Below, piece after piece: positions 11,699-26,100 of a stretch of DNA of 64,000 bases; the stretch's first letter is position 1, and each line of letters opens with the position of its first letter. The translations under genes and the position numbers were made by a program. The stretch spans positions 117,225 to 181,224 of the forward strand of contig NMRA01000039.1 in NCBI GenBank assembly GCA_002633005.1, in the 5' to 3' direction. The notes beneath the pieces are model-generated. The model made no database searches. It was given only the letters and a program-made list of their open reading frames with translations, and was not told the DNA's origin. The stretch comes from Phoronis australis. Taxonomy: Eukaryota; Animalia; Phoronida.

Positions 11699-14600
11699 GC
11701 TTTAAATATGGTTTGACTAAATTCGAATAAATGTACAGAGTTGTCGATAACGACAGGTACATAACTTTAAATAGATAAATCGTAATAAAGCTGTTTGTGA
11801 TCTGATGACACTGAGAAGAATTACGGGTTGTGAAATGATAATTAACAACTTATATTATTGACAGCTGGTGTTCAACAGGTTTAGCACGTACGACAATCAC
11901 CCTATATAGCAAAAAAATCTTTCCTAATGATGATATTTTACTGTAGTACATAAATCGAGCCTGTATGTGCCAATTTATCATGCTCTGTACAGTTGTCGAA
12001 AATTTTCAAACTAGAACGAATACTTGACTGAAAATTATCATTTTACATTTTAAACACTGTGACATGGGCTTCGAAATGAATCATATTCAGTGACGTATTC
12101 TGTTTTTCTTTTTCAAAGCCACATAAATACTCGCATAAGCTAGGATTTTTAAGCGAATGCGATTGGGGTTTGCCAATCTAGCCACAGTCAGCTCCCGATT
12201 GGCCTTTATTGGCTCAAATTGGTTTTAACCACTGCTTCAGGCACATCAGCGCCACTAGATAACTGAATACGATATAACATAAAAATCGCATCATGTCTGT
12301 TTGCATCAGAAGGATTTTTGTCACACTGAACAATTAACAAAAACCGATTCAGCGCATCACTTTTCAAAAAATAATCAATGATTTTTGTCCATGCCATTGC
12401 TAAGAGCAATTGAAATTGGAAGCATGAGTATTGAAAAATGAGGGGACAAACTTAAAGTTACATGTAAACTGTAGGATATTCTAAACGGGTGCATGTATAG
12501 GACAGAGAGCAAGAACAAGAATGTGAACTTTTGTGTATACTGGTTAACGCACCGTCTTCCTAAGTTTAGTAGAATAGGGTCATTGGTAGCCGCTCGTGGA
12601 ATTATTTTCTAGCCAGATAGCTTGCTGTATGAAGGCTTTAGTCAACATACAGCTAGGTAACATTGTGTGTTGAGCTCCTTTAGACCCCGAAATTTCACAC
12701 AGCCAGGGTACTTCTGCTCGTCACCTTGCCTTAAAACTGACATGTGTATGTATATCAACAACGATCGGCGGCGCCAATGCATGCAAAATGTGGGAGTCAA
12801 AGGACACTCTTGCCCGTTGCAGCCGTTTAAGTGAAAAAATATTACACGCGCACGCGCAATTCCCTGAAAATTTTCAACATTTTTGCGAAAGAATGAAAGT
12901 TTCGCAGCAGCAAATTTTGTTTTGAAATTCGGTTTGCTGGTGTTTAATACTAAAAACGAAATGAAACCAGTTACGATAATTTGTTGTTACACTTACACAA
13001 CATCGTGGAGAGAAGAACAGTTAATTGAAGAATCGTGGCGAAAGCTGACGCAAAAGATTGCACCGCAAATTAAGCAGCCGAGAAACGCCAATTTTTCCAA
13101 CACCGGTAAACAATTTATTGTAGTTTACTCAAGGAAGGGTGTAATTTTTATTGACACTAATTTTGTGTCACATTTTATTTGGTTCGTTTTCACCCACATC
13201 GGCCCGAAGCTCTGCACCAAGGGTAACTATTTCTGTGACAACGATAGCGCAACACATGTCCTTATGCCACGTTTTGTTTTTAACCACCAGTTTTGAGCCA
13301 GAGCAGATCCGTGTAAAGTCTTATTGGAAAGTAACTCAGCGACATAATAAAAATATGAAATGTGTAATTGGCGCAAACTATTGCCGTAGGTCCTGGATTG
13401 AGGGTGTCGCGGGAAATGGGTCGTGGGTTTGGGGGTCGAGGGGGCTTAGACCAATCCCCAAAAAGCATTGCCCGTATCACAAATGAAAATATGATTTTTC
13501 ATGAAGATCGCTGAATTTTCACCAGAAAATTTTTGCACCCAACTTGAACATTCTGTTTACATTCTGGCTACAAAATCGAGAGAAATGGGGGAAGAGGGGG
13601 ATACATAGAGAGAGAGGGAGAGGGGGAGCATAAGAGCGAAATGGGGGGAGAAAGGGGGGAGGGGTGAGAGAGAGAAAGAGAGATGTGGAAGAATGGGGAG
13701 AGGAACAATGAGGGGGGGGGGCGGACAGTAAGGGTGGAAGAGAGCCTGACAGCGAGGCAAATCCTATCCGCGGTCCATACATTGGACACATTTTGGAAGA
13801 CTGACATGCTATCAATAGCATAAATACTAAATTAATCTGAAACTTTGTCAAAACTAATCGCGCTGCATATTAACAATCCACAGAATACTACACGACTAAG
13901 AAATATTGTTATTTCGTGCAGTGATAACTATGGTTATTCACGGTGGATATGCATGTAATTGCAGGAGAAGCGGCTTGGATTACTGTATAGTGAGTAAGAA
14001 TCTAAAATTTTGTTCTTGTAAATTCTTGAAAGCCCAGTTGTTTAAAGTTTTATCTGATCTAGAACACAAGAGGAAGTCATACTTTCATTGACGATTTTAG
14101 GCACAGGCAGGTGAAAAGTGACGTCTCGGGATGTTTTTGTCTCTAATATGACATTGTAGTTGCGTAACGTAACAATAAAGTTTCCAAGAGTTCTTTTGAA
14201 CGAGAATTTTTAACTGATATGTTGCCTTGGTTGTAAAAGTAAATGAAGTTGTTTTAAAAGTACATGTATTGTGAAGGTTGCTTGTGGAACAACGTTTAAG
14301 ATGTTTTTAAATGAGATAAACCATTGTCATCAAGTACACGGAGAGCAATTTGAAAAAAGGTTCATACTGAAAATGTTGACGACTTCTTTTTTGTCAAAAT
14401 TCTGGGGTTAAAATGTCTCAATTGTATGTTCTGGCATAGGCGTATAGGTCACAAACGCCATACTGGCTGGTAGTTCGTAAACGTGGGGTGTTCGCAAACT
14501 GGGCCGGCTCTGACGTTGCTCTAAATTTCATTGGCCGGGGTGTTCTCATGAGGCGCTTTGGCGTCGTTGTGCATTTTCCGTGCCATCATGTCGCGTGCTG

Positions 14601-14828
14601 TTCGTGGCGCTCCGTACTACAAGATTATCTCTTTCATTTAGTAGTTTCGGCGTTAGAAAATCCATTGCTGTTACCCTGGCGTTGTAAGTTCGAAGGCTAC
14701 TCGATCTGAGCTGCCGTGCCCTGCCGTGATCAAATAGTTAAAGTTCAGAGGTCAAGGGCCAAACACTTATATTTTGATCTCAAAATAGCATATATGTTTC
14801 CACAATGTCCACATAAAATTCAACAAAT

Positions 14829-15017
14829 CTAATACATCCTCCTGTTGTTTGTGTTGCCTGACGCCTGCTGAGGGAGCGGGGTTTCCGCTTCCGGTATGGG
14901 CAAATAACTGGCCCCGTCTTCTCTCACATTAGGACGCGTCGACACTCGCACCCGTTTCACCTGGTTGCTTGCCCTGTTCTTCAAGCGTTTCATGGCGTTA
15001 ATTGCGGAATTAACTTC
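14829..15017 (-). CDS. EGF-TM gene exon 10 (tail and stop)
   Basis: ttgcgttttcag|EVNSAINAMKRLKNRASNQVKRVRV...ASYLPIPEAE...NNRRMY*. Confidence 0.8.
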   Translation of the reverse strand, partial: EVNSAINAMKRLKNRASNQVKRVRVSTRPNVREDGASYLPIPEAETPLPQQASGNTNNRRMY

Positions 15018-17092
15018 CTGAAAACGCAATGGAAAAATTGAAGACAAGGATGTGCATAGCAAGAGGAGCCTTAACGTCAATAGATATAGTCAGAACCAGC
15101 CATTATTATGATAACCATGTGATTGGTTGAAGCGCAGTAAAAGTGCCCGCAACGGATTTATTTTGTATTCTGCGTCATTCAAAAGTTAATGTCGGGAGAA
15201 TGAGAAAGACAGTGTGCAGTCTTGGCTTACATGTACTTAGATAACGGTAGAGGACACATTGGGGATTTTCATTTATTCCGCCTCCTTTCACTATGATAAA
15301 CAATTGGCAGCAAAATGAAATCTCAAGACATTCTTCATTTAGCTTGAGAAGTCGTGTCCGAATTTTCATCCACACACTTCTGTTGTGTACACGACATGTG
15401 GGCAGCTCTCTGCACACTCCGATTGCAGTGCACGACTTCGTATACAGTGTATGGATGTTATATCAACAAGACGGGACAGAATACCTGTCTAGGTACACGT
15501 ACACACTAACAGTGGAGTAGCATGCCAAAAAGGGGGCGAAATACAGAGCATGTCTGAATTTGCTCCAGTTTTTTGTTCACTGGCCCATCGGTGCTTGCGA
15601 TTTTGATTCGAAATCTTGTGGAATAATTTGAATGAACCACATGACCTATCAAGAAAATTCCCGCTGAGGCGATCCATGAATTTGCCCATTATTTACGCCG
15701 GATCTGGTTCCCGGAAGGGCATCAATCAAACACAAACTCATATTTGAGTTTACAAGTGTGTAGCTTGGGTTTCGGAAAAGCAGCGCACGTACACGTACAT
15801 GTACGTGAAAACCTCAGTTAATAATGCTAGGGTGAAAATGCTTCTGGTGTTGTTCAACCCACACCGCATTTTCACGCTTACACCATGTCTACAAGTGCCG
15901 TGAAATCCTTTCAAATGAAAATACAGATGCAAATCTACAATTCCAAAAACACAGCAAACGTGAAATTGAGTAGCTAGCTAGAGTAATTGATCCAGCCGAG
16001 ATGTTTGCCTACCTCTTCAGTAAGAAAGTTTCTTTTGGACCTCCTGAAAATGAAAGTGACATTCAATTTGTTTCATTATTTGCAAAAGCCGACGGTGCGT
16101 CTATCAAATTTTGATGCATGTTCTTTTCACTTTACACATGCAGTGTGATACAATTATGCATACACACACGCACAAGCGCACATGCACGCGCACACGCACA
16201 CACCCGCACACATATATACATGTGTTTGTTTGTGTCTCTGTGTGTATGTGTGTTTATGTATGTATGTATACACACACGCACACGTGGGTGTGTGCGTATT
16301 ATATAGACACATAATATATATAGACACACACAGATGAAATGAATTATCGATATGACAGTAGTACTCCAATGTAAGTGGGATAACCTTATACCACATTATC
16401 AGCCTGACCTGGCCAATACAACCGTTAAATAACCCATTTAGTTATTCAACGCCCGTCGAATAATATTTTTGCGGGAGCTGAAAATAGGTATGAGGACGCG
16501 CAGTAATCACATGTTCAACAAACGGTACTGTACCGACGTATGTACCTATGAAAACTTAGACGCACAATTTCAATCAAACGACGTCTTTAATTCAGTAACA
16601 TTTATCTGTCATTTTTCTCTCACTTGTAAATCATCGATCTCCAGTTTGAATGCGGGTGACGTGTAGTCGGGATCCTTTGACTTGGACATTAGACTCTGCA
16701 ACCAGTGGTAACCTGCTTTAGCAGACAATATTTTCACTGTGGAAGCTTAGCATGATCAGATGTATATTAAGCTAGACTAGACTCATTTTATTTCTATTTT
16801 GTACAAATTTTCCACGGGTTTTGAGTAAAAACATAATATTAACAAGAATAACGGCGTTTTTAAAAGGTCACGACCTCCGAACCCGGCCTGTGACATAGAA
16901 AGTAGTTACTAACCCGAGAGGAGTCGAGAAATGTAAATCAATTCATTGTAATGTCTATCGTTCAGTATGTGGTATAAATAGATGGTTGCATGTTTTCAAT
17001 TGTTATCCCTTTTATCTAGAGCCCTTGGGTGATAATTCTCCAAAATCCTCTCGTGCTCTAGATTACGGGGATAACGACTTCGCCACGTAATA

Positions 17093-17184
<92 letters not shown>

Positions 17185-20100
17185 GTGTGTGTGTGTTTGT
17201 GTGTGTATGGAACCGGATTTATAACGGTAAACAGTCTAAATCAAAGTTGGCCTTTTGGGAGAAGGATTTCGTGAGTCAGTTCAGTTTGGCAAAACACATG
17301 TTTAATGGGAAATATTAAGCGGTAGTGATTTTAATCTAATAGTCGTATCCTAGGTCACCTTGAGTAAATATAGTACGTGGTTCCAATGACAAGCATCAGT
17401 AAGGCCACGCCTCCGAGCGACGCTCCCACAACTGCGCCTGTGTTTGTCTTGCGCCTTGGTGCTTTCATAGGATGGGGTTGTGTGGGAAGTCCCATGTTGA
17501 TTTTGAACATATTTTCTTGAAAGGACTCGTCAGATCTGGCTGTAAAATACGTTAGCGTGAGTGTTGATACTCTGGACAACAGGCCTACTGAGTGTCGGTG
17601 CTCGACTTGACGACCTGAAGGTCACAAACGTGACTGTTTGGCGACCTGGCAAAATCCCAAGACGTCACGAAATCGTCACAACGTGTATCAATGAAGTCAG
17701 ACAGTAATTCTCCATTGTTCGTCTCGAATTTTCTTTTGACATTCAAACCTATCTAGAGTTTCCTTAAACGCCTTTGGTTCGCAATTATATTATCGTGAAG
17801 TCAGTGCATTTACCACCCTCAGAAATCAGCACACGTCAAGTACACTGCACGCACTTAAATTACAGGGGGAAGTAAAGAAACGGAAATCAGGGTAGAGTTC
17901 ACTAACGCTAGGACCTCGCAAGATTCCGTGAGACATTGCCGGGTATTTTACCTGAGAACACGTGATTTTGGCTACATTTTAGATAAGTCCTAGGGTTACT
18001 GAACACCACAAAGAATTGTAGCAGATGAGGATTGGACACCCACTTACTGTGAACCCAATTGTCTGCCTTGTTCGTTGGGAGGAGAAATTGTTGTACGGAG
18101 AGAAATGGAGGAGGTATGTATATTTTTTAGAACTGAGTGCGGCGCGTTTTTTTTTTTTTGTTTGGTGTTGGCGGCCTAATATTNNNNNNNNNNNNNNNNN
18201 NNNNNNNNCCCCCCCCCCCCCCCCCCAGTCCCCCATGGTGCGCCCCCATGTGGTGTTGTTTAAAAATGCTCTTTCCGTTTCATGTTTGTAAAGTGTATTT
18301 TAACACAAGTAAATTTAGTGGAAACTTAATATCAAATATTTTCAAACGTGACTTTTTAGCCTAATGTTTAATATTGGTGGTGCACCCCTACCTAAAATGA
18401 ACGCCGTAGTGACAGAATGCTGACTCGTGCGTGCATTATGGGTATTAACTTAACTGCTGCCATATGTAATAAGGGTTCCACGGAAACCAGTCCCAACTTC
18501 AAAAAGGAATAGTAAAATATGACAAACAAAAACCAGGCTGAACATTACGAAATATTTATATTTTTGTAATATCATTCGACTGTAGAAACTTACAACGTGT
18601 TCTAAATTGGTGAATGCACACGAAACTGTATACGGTATCTTTAAATTACTAAATGGCTGCGCTTATACCATTTTGACAGAATTTCAGTACTACGATTAGG
18701 CACGGGATTACAAAGTAGCTACAGAATAGGAAAGGTGAATATTCTCAGCATGTGCTAAACGTGTTTCTTTAGTTGAGGTGCATGAGATTCCCAAAAAGGG
18801 GCAACAATGTGCCTGGGAGTATGTCATACATAGAGTGGGTTATACTGTGTCCGTGCAACCACCAACTGTATGCGGAGTACGTGTGCCCAAATCACAGCCG
18901 ATGATGGCTGTTTTGTAACGTGTGAACAATCGACATTAAATAACTCTTACAGATGCATGTGAAGCCTCTATCTGTGATGTCCATTTCGCACACCTTCTCT
19001 GGCGGACACGGGTTGTCCTGGCACGTAGCTATTCTTGTCTCACAAAATCGCCCCGACCACATAGGCTGGCAAACGCATTTGAATCCCTCTTTCGTATCCT
19101 AGAAGGACAAAAACCTGCCAGAAAGCTTTGATAGATCGCCTTTGTAAGACTGAACTGAAAGTTCCCTTCAATTATTCAATGTCTTTCTGTAGTACGTCTG
19201 AATGTGCCGACCTAAATTGCGACCACCATTTGATTCAAAGTGGCGAAAAGCAGTGAACTAGACGACAAATATAGCACAAGTGGTATGGCGAGGCGAACCG
19301 TTACTGGCGTTAAAGATCTGGCTGCACTGTGAGACCACAGAATGTTGTTTCGAATAAAATGGTGGAAACCTCAAACTGCGACAAATTGTGCAGATAGTCA
19401 AAAAACTAATCGCTCTTACCGGCTTGATTGCGTGTGACAAACACATCATGCGTTTTGGTAATGGTGGCCACAGTAAAAATAATTATGGTCTTTAGAGTTC
19501 CATGCAAGTAAAGTCGTCCATAGCTCATCACGAAGGTCAACAAATAGAAACACAGGCAAACTTTGTCAAGTGTTCAGTTCACGTACGTACATGAACGTGT
19601 ACTGCACATGTACAGGGACAGTTCGGAGATATTATTTTTGGCAAAAGTTATTCAATTAGCGCCTCTGAGTGTCTTTCTTAATCGCATTGTGGAACGGTTG
19701 TTGGGTGGCAGTCATCCCTTGACATCACAGAAAACCTGGGGACTTCTACGTAATATGACGGAAGCAATGCTTGCCACTTGAGTTCACCATAATAAAAAAG
19801 ATAAGTCGACGCCAACATCATTTTGGGCTTGGCCTGAGAAATATTTTGGGCTCATTTAATTAATCCTTTATGTTATCAGTTGAACAAGTAGAATTGTAAC
19901 TTCAGGGTATGTCTGCCAGCATAGATAATGATAACTTTTGCTCCATACAAGGAAGTTCAACTAAAGCCGTCATATCAAATTACATGGTGTTTTGACAATC
20001 TAACATTTTCACTTCAGCTTTAATCCGACTCCCAAATTGTCCATTTGTTTTAAAACAGGAGTTTGACTACCGCAACTTTCCAATGTTTATGTTAATGCTC

Positions 20101-23100
20101 ACAACTTACAGTTCCTGGGAAACACGAACACTTTGTTTAAGTTAGAAGACGCAAGTGACTATAATTTCGGGTGCACAATGCCTTTAAAATCGCAACGAAA
20201 CGACAACAAAGTTCTTCATTGGCTTACAATTGCCTTACTTACTTTTGAGTGTTGTTTTTATGTCTAATTACAGGCCTAACTTTTAATAATCGCCATGATA
20301 TGATATTGGACAGATTTAAAATCTGAGAACTTTACCATATTGCTGTACGCATGTGGTAAGATCCGACAATCTTTTTGAAGCACTCATTTAAAAAATACTG
20401 TTTGCAATCGATATAGAGCCCGTCAATAAAGGCTCATTCATACTAAAGAAAAAAATAAGACAGCACACCTAAATACATCGATTTTCGCGGCATTGGCCGT
20501 AATTCTCACATTTCGGACAGTGCGCTTTTTAGTGTAAATCTGGCGATCAAGTAACGGTGATTATTCTCCAAAATCCACTCGGGCTCTAGATAACGGAGGA
20601 TAAAAACTTCGCCACGTAATAATCTATATTTATCACGAGCGGACGGCACTGCTATTGGGCCGTAGTTAACACGAGACAGATAAAATAGATTACATGTAGC
20701 AGCAATACCAGGAGTGCAAGGGCCGAGAATATCTGGACGACAACCTAAAGCGCAACTACCTTCGAAGAAGCTAATGCACTTTTAACCAGCTACGCGTGGT
20801 GTTTTGCCTTTAGAAATACGTAGGGCCTATCTCGGTTAAATTGTAATCAGGCCTACTGCTTTGTTTCGGAATAAGAATTCCAAACTTTTATTGGTTGAAT
20901 ATACCCCAGCTAAAAAAAGCAAGAGTCCTATAACTATCCAATAAACGCCCTAATACGTATTCGAAACAAAACAGAGTCACATGTAATGCAGAAGCGTCGT
21001 TTTCGATTGGTTTGCGAACAGCTTAACGTAAAGATGTTGAGCACCAATGGAAGTTGCAAATAATCAGTCAAAGCATGACACACGACAAATATGGGGATTT
21101 TCCGTAGATAAGCACACCCGATGAAACGCCCATAGGTGTTAATTGGGAAAATTATGCCGAATAAACGCCCATGGGCCTTTATTTGGAAAATTTCCCCTTA
21201 GAAGTCGACTAAGCGTCAACTTTTAGTCACAAATTCAGTTTTGTGGAGCATTTATCATTTATAAAAACGAACCCAGAGAGGCTATTGCACTTACAAAACT
21301 ATATGTCGTGCTTCATGCTGGCATAGGCGTCACCAAAACTATGAATTTCCGCTTAGTCCGGTCCCTTTGCAGCCAAAAACCCCAAAACATTTACACCCCG
21401 GATTAAAACACCAAAGTTGGTACACAGATACTTTGGGACACGCTGAATCCTATGGTAGTCGGTTGCCCGAAATTTGAGGTCAAAGTCAAGGCCAAATCAA
21501 GGTCAAAGATCACGTAGGTATTTTTTTGAAACGGCTTGACACAAAATTCTGCTTCATTGCTGTTTCAGGTGATAAGCAGGAGACATTATTTTGATTTCAA
21601 ATTAATGTTGATAACTTTTACAAACAAGTTAAAAGCATAAAAGTAATTTTCCTGACACTTAAGATGGCAATTAGCATAATTAATAGAGCATATATATTTT
21701 CCATGGAAGTTAAGTCTATTTGTTTTCTCTAACTGAGAAAAATTGTCAAACTAGTATGAATATGCATTAATTCAACCCTAAAATGTTTAACCTTATGCAG
21801 AAATTCATTTTTAAACGTCTTTATCAAAATATTATAATTAATTATGTAACAAATCGTCTCTGTAATTATAGGAAATTGCACATCTTGATAAATTTTCAAA
21901 GAACAATTTCTGAAAATCATCAATTTTAATTTGATCATAGCTAAAGTTATTTTTTTTTAATTAATGTGTTTATATTTTAGTTTGAACTTGATTGTGACAT
22001 AAGTTAAACCAATTAAGGTAATTTAGGTAATTTAAGGTTTACCAGCTTGAAATAACAAAAATCAGGTTTTACTTGTATCCCAATGAGGTGAATTCCTTGT
22101 TGCACAATATTTTAAAACAGATACAGGCATAATTAATTGTCTTGAGGAACATGTTGTATAAACAAATGTTTATTATTAATTGCGTCCATCTAATTGTTTG
22201 TGGTGACATATTGTCTAACAGCTGAGGCTGACCTCTGCTCATTCAGACAACAGCACCCAAACATGTGACATCAGCTCTGAGACTTGCATAATGTTGACCT
22301 CGAGTTCATTTTTCGTGTAATATTATTTTGAATGAGATTTTCTAATTTAGGTATGTACTTTTTTGATTAACTATGTATATAAATATATATCCTAAATTGT
22401 TTTAACTGATTGGAGACAATACTTTTGGTTGGCTTCAGCACATCTGAAGACAGGAGCAGGGGTTTCCTGTTTAAATCACTACAGTAGCTATTCGCATAAA
22501 TAGCCTACAATGTAAGTTGTTTAATAAGACCTAATTAAGAGACCAATTTTTCTAAAAAAAACTATTCCAATAAATAATGCCTACAAAAATTACGCTTTAA
22601 TTCCGCAGTACCTTATTCCCAAGGTCAAGTTGTTTGAGCAATGCCTTACTCCAGATTCACCACTTGTAATTGCCAGACAATTTATTGTTCTAAACCTTTA
22701 CCCACCATCCTGAAAGCAATTGCGACAATGTAGATTTTCTGAATAGGCACTATTAATAGAAATGTTTCAAAGACGGCTGGTTACCTGAGCTGGAACAATA
22801 CGTCAGCTCTCGTTACGTCACTATGACGTATTCGTACTGCCTGCTTCAGGAGGCCTCAGTGGCTACAGCTGGTAGATCTGATTCCTTTCTTCAAGCCTCA
22901 CACCTGACTCGAACAAGACATGCACACCAGGTGACAGCTCTATCTCTGGCAAAGCTACAGGAAGAACTATTTATTATTGTGAAAAATGAAGGTGCGGCTT
23001 TGGACCGAAGAGTCTCCCGCAGGAAAAGTGATAGCTCTACCCATGTTCCATGCCTTAACAGGGTTGGACACAACGTCCCAGTCCTATGGAAAAGGGACGA

Positions 23101-26100
23101 AAACAGCATGGGAGACATGAACAGCTTACCGTGATGCTACTCAGGCATTCTCGTGCCGACAATCAATTCCTTTCAACAACTCACCATCGACAGTCAGGAA
23201 TTCAAAACAATTGACACATTTACATGTTTTTTATGGTCGAAAAGTCGAAACCAGCCAAGTCAATACTTTACGAAATGAGCTTTTCCAACAAAAGTTCAGA
23301 TCATGCCAAATTTATCGCCTACCCAATCTCCTCTGATAAAACCAATTAACAAATGCCTGTATCAAGCTGACAATCCACGAGAATCCAAGTTCATAAAGGT
23401 TTGGATGGCAGAGAGACAAGAGCTAACGATGCATACCTTACTGGACAGATATGCTTGAAATCTCCAAAGCTGGTCAGCAGCTCATGGTTGCAAGAGCATA
23501 CCACTATGGGGCAAGAGATATAAATTAAAAGCAATTCCTTAGCATGCACGACACTTTTCAAATACCGGGGAACATGTCAGTAACATGGTTTGTTATGGAC
23601 CAAAGGAACGGATGATAGTGATAATTGAATTCTGTGATCTGCAATGACAATTTGAGATTAATCTGTTTTATTGTGTGGATGTTATAAGCAGATGACAATC
23701 GGTTTATATGTAGACAGGAGCTAGAAGAAGCATACTAACGACATTTTTGAATGCTGGCCTCCGAGTTTTTGGTAGTCTGTCAAGTTCTGTGCATTTATTG
23801 GTCTCTTTATCATAACATCAACTGAATTTTCATAATAATTGTAAAAATTAATGATAAATCTAATAAATTTTGGTAAGAAAACCTATTTGTTGTTGTATTA
23901 TTAGTCTTGTACCAGATCAAAATAGATGATTTTGTTGAAATTGCAGTAGGTTAGTTAAATTTTGGAGGCCATATTGGAATTATGGAAATGATGGGTCTTA
24001 ATATTATGGGGAAAAGATATTGCGATGTCATTGTGATAGATTTCTAGTTAATAAAGTACTATTACCTAGCCTTAAAATGTGTGCTTATCTCTCACGCAAC
24101 CATACATTGTGCTACTGGGCGGCCATTTTGTATTTTGAGATTTTACCTTGACCTTGACCTCAAAACTTGTGCAACCAACCCCATGAGATTCAGCATGTCA
24201 AAAAGTACTAGTGTGCCAAATTTGGTAATTTAATCCGAGGTGTAAATGTTTTCGGGTTAAGGGCCTGGACTAGTTTGCACGCCCTTTTTTCTGAATAAAT
24301 GCCCAGGCGTTTATTTGCTGTTACTAAAACGCCTGAAATTTTTTATTTTCCGAATGCACGCCCATGGGCTTTTCTACGGAAAATGCCGGTAAATATATTT
24401 CCTATCACAAAGTTTGATAAGAGTCAGTAACATCGCTGTTTATGTTTTTGAGGACGTAGTGTGAATTTCATGTCAGCAGTAACTAACACAAATCTGCGCG
24501 GCTGTTCAAACTGTCTGAAACCGCAAATAGAAACTTCGGCACCCGTCCGTATGAACTCTAAAATTTTGGACACGCTCGATTTTGCCTCCTTTCCCATATT
24601 TCTCGAATTTCGAACGGCCAATATTGCTTGTTTTTAAAATTTAGGACAGGTTCAAAATACTTAGTTTTTCACTGCCTTAGAATTTTTACCGTATTGTGAC
24701 ACGTGTAATTTGCCCCCGGAACAACAGGCACGATTAAGCCCTAGTATATGTATTGCCATTTTAGAAAATACCATTGTTTCCGTAAAAGTCTAGTAGTCTG
24801 ATGGGTCAGAGATGGTCAGTGGCAACGTTTAAATACATTTTAGCAATTTCGTCCTCAGAAAGGACTCACCAGTCTGTCAAATTCAACCAACCGACAAAGG
24901 ACACTTGTATACGTCCCTCCCGACGCTCGCTGACTCGAGCCGGAGCCCATTGTTCGTTTTTTGTCCACAGCTTGGCACTTAAACATTTTGATGGTAGCAA
25001 AACAAACGTTCCTAGCCTTCACAGAACATTGACCGGTTATGCCATGTGAGTGCGCACAGTAACAACGAAACAGAGCCGCAGAACGCATGACTTTATGCCA
25101 AAATAGCATTTTAATACATAAAATGGTAAACGCGTTATTTCATGGGCAGTTCACTATAGGGGCCTGGGGACTATAGCCCCCACTTATTTCAGTGGTGCAC
25201 CGCCCATCGACATGGGCGGCGCGCACCATAAGGGGCTATAACCCCCCTCACTTATTTCAGTGCTCCGCCGCCCATGTATCTACACGAACTTTTATTTTGT
25301 TGTCAATCAGGAAACAACGCATTCACATCACAACGATGCGTAATCATCTTCGAAGGAATCCCCAGTGAAATGTTATTCGCGTTTGCTTTTCACACAGATA
25401 TTTCGTTCACTGGGTCAAAATTTTCCGTTCAGAAAAGGATATAAATCTTTATTATTCATGAGAAATTCGATTACGGTGGTGTCCAATTTGAAATTTGTAT
25501 GAAAACCAAGGTACGCAATGGCAGGCAAAGCGATAATTAGATAAGGACCTTTGCCTTAGGCTAAACATGTGTGTTGCGTTCAGGGACTTCCTAATTTATG
25601 CCCATAAGACCACCCGCTGAAAACACTGGAAGCACTGCGGACACCTCTCTCAGGTCCAGCCCCAAACGATGCTTTTGGGTGCGAGTATGACTAAACATGT
25701 ACTCCATCATCTAAAAGTAAAATGGACAGTGATCCTCAAAATGCTCAAGCAAATCTTTTCCGCAAAGATCCGAGCCCAATTGATCACGCTGTAGCACACG
25801 TAAATCTTACCATAAAGATTATGCACGACCTCGTGAGATATCGCAGTAGTGATAACACTAACTATGCTCGAGAAATTTTTGCAGTTCCGGAACGCAGCCC
25901 ACGTCTTCAAGCTCATCAGTGATGTCACTGGATCATGGGCGGCGCACCATAGGTGGATGGGGGCTGTAGCCCCTCACTTATTTCAGTGCTGAGCCACCCA
26001 CAGTCACCTGAAGATGCATTTGAAAAAGTAATACCTTAGCACGGTATATGAAATCTCTCGAATTCTCCAGAACCCCGAAGTGAGGTAGGTTGATGCTAAC

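Noticed and set aside
13519-13851. Pro/Leu/Ser-rich minus-strand ORFs
   Set aside because: They derive from a G/A low-complexity tract.
16624-16736. Exon-like minus-strand segment KILSAKAGYHWLQSLMSKSKDPDY...
   Set aside because: It needs a phase-1 upstream donor, but the TM exon ends in phase 2; exon 16043-16013 already bridges the frame.
16111-17318. HT-, CV- and VC-repeat ORFs (also 5133-5453 and 49586-49921)
   Set aside because: They are translations of microsatellites.
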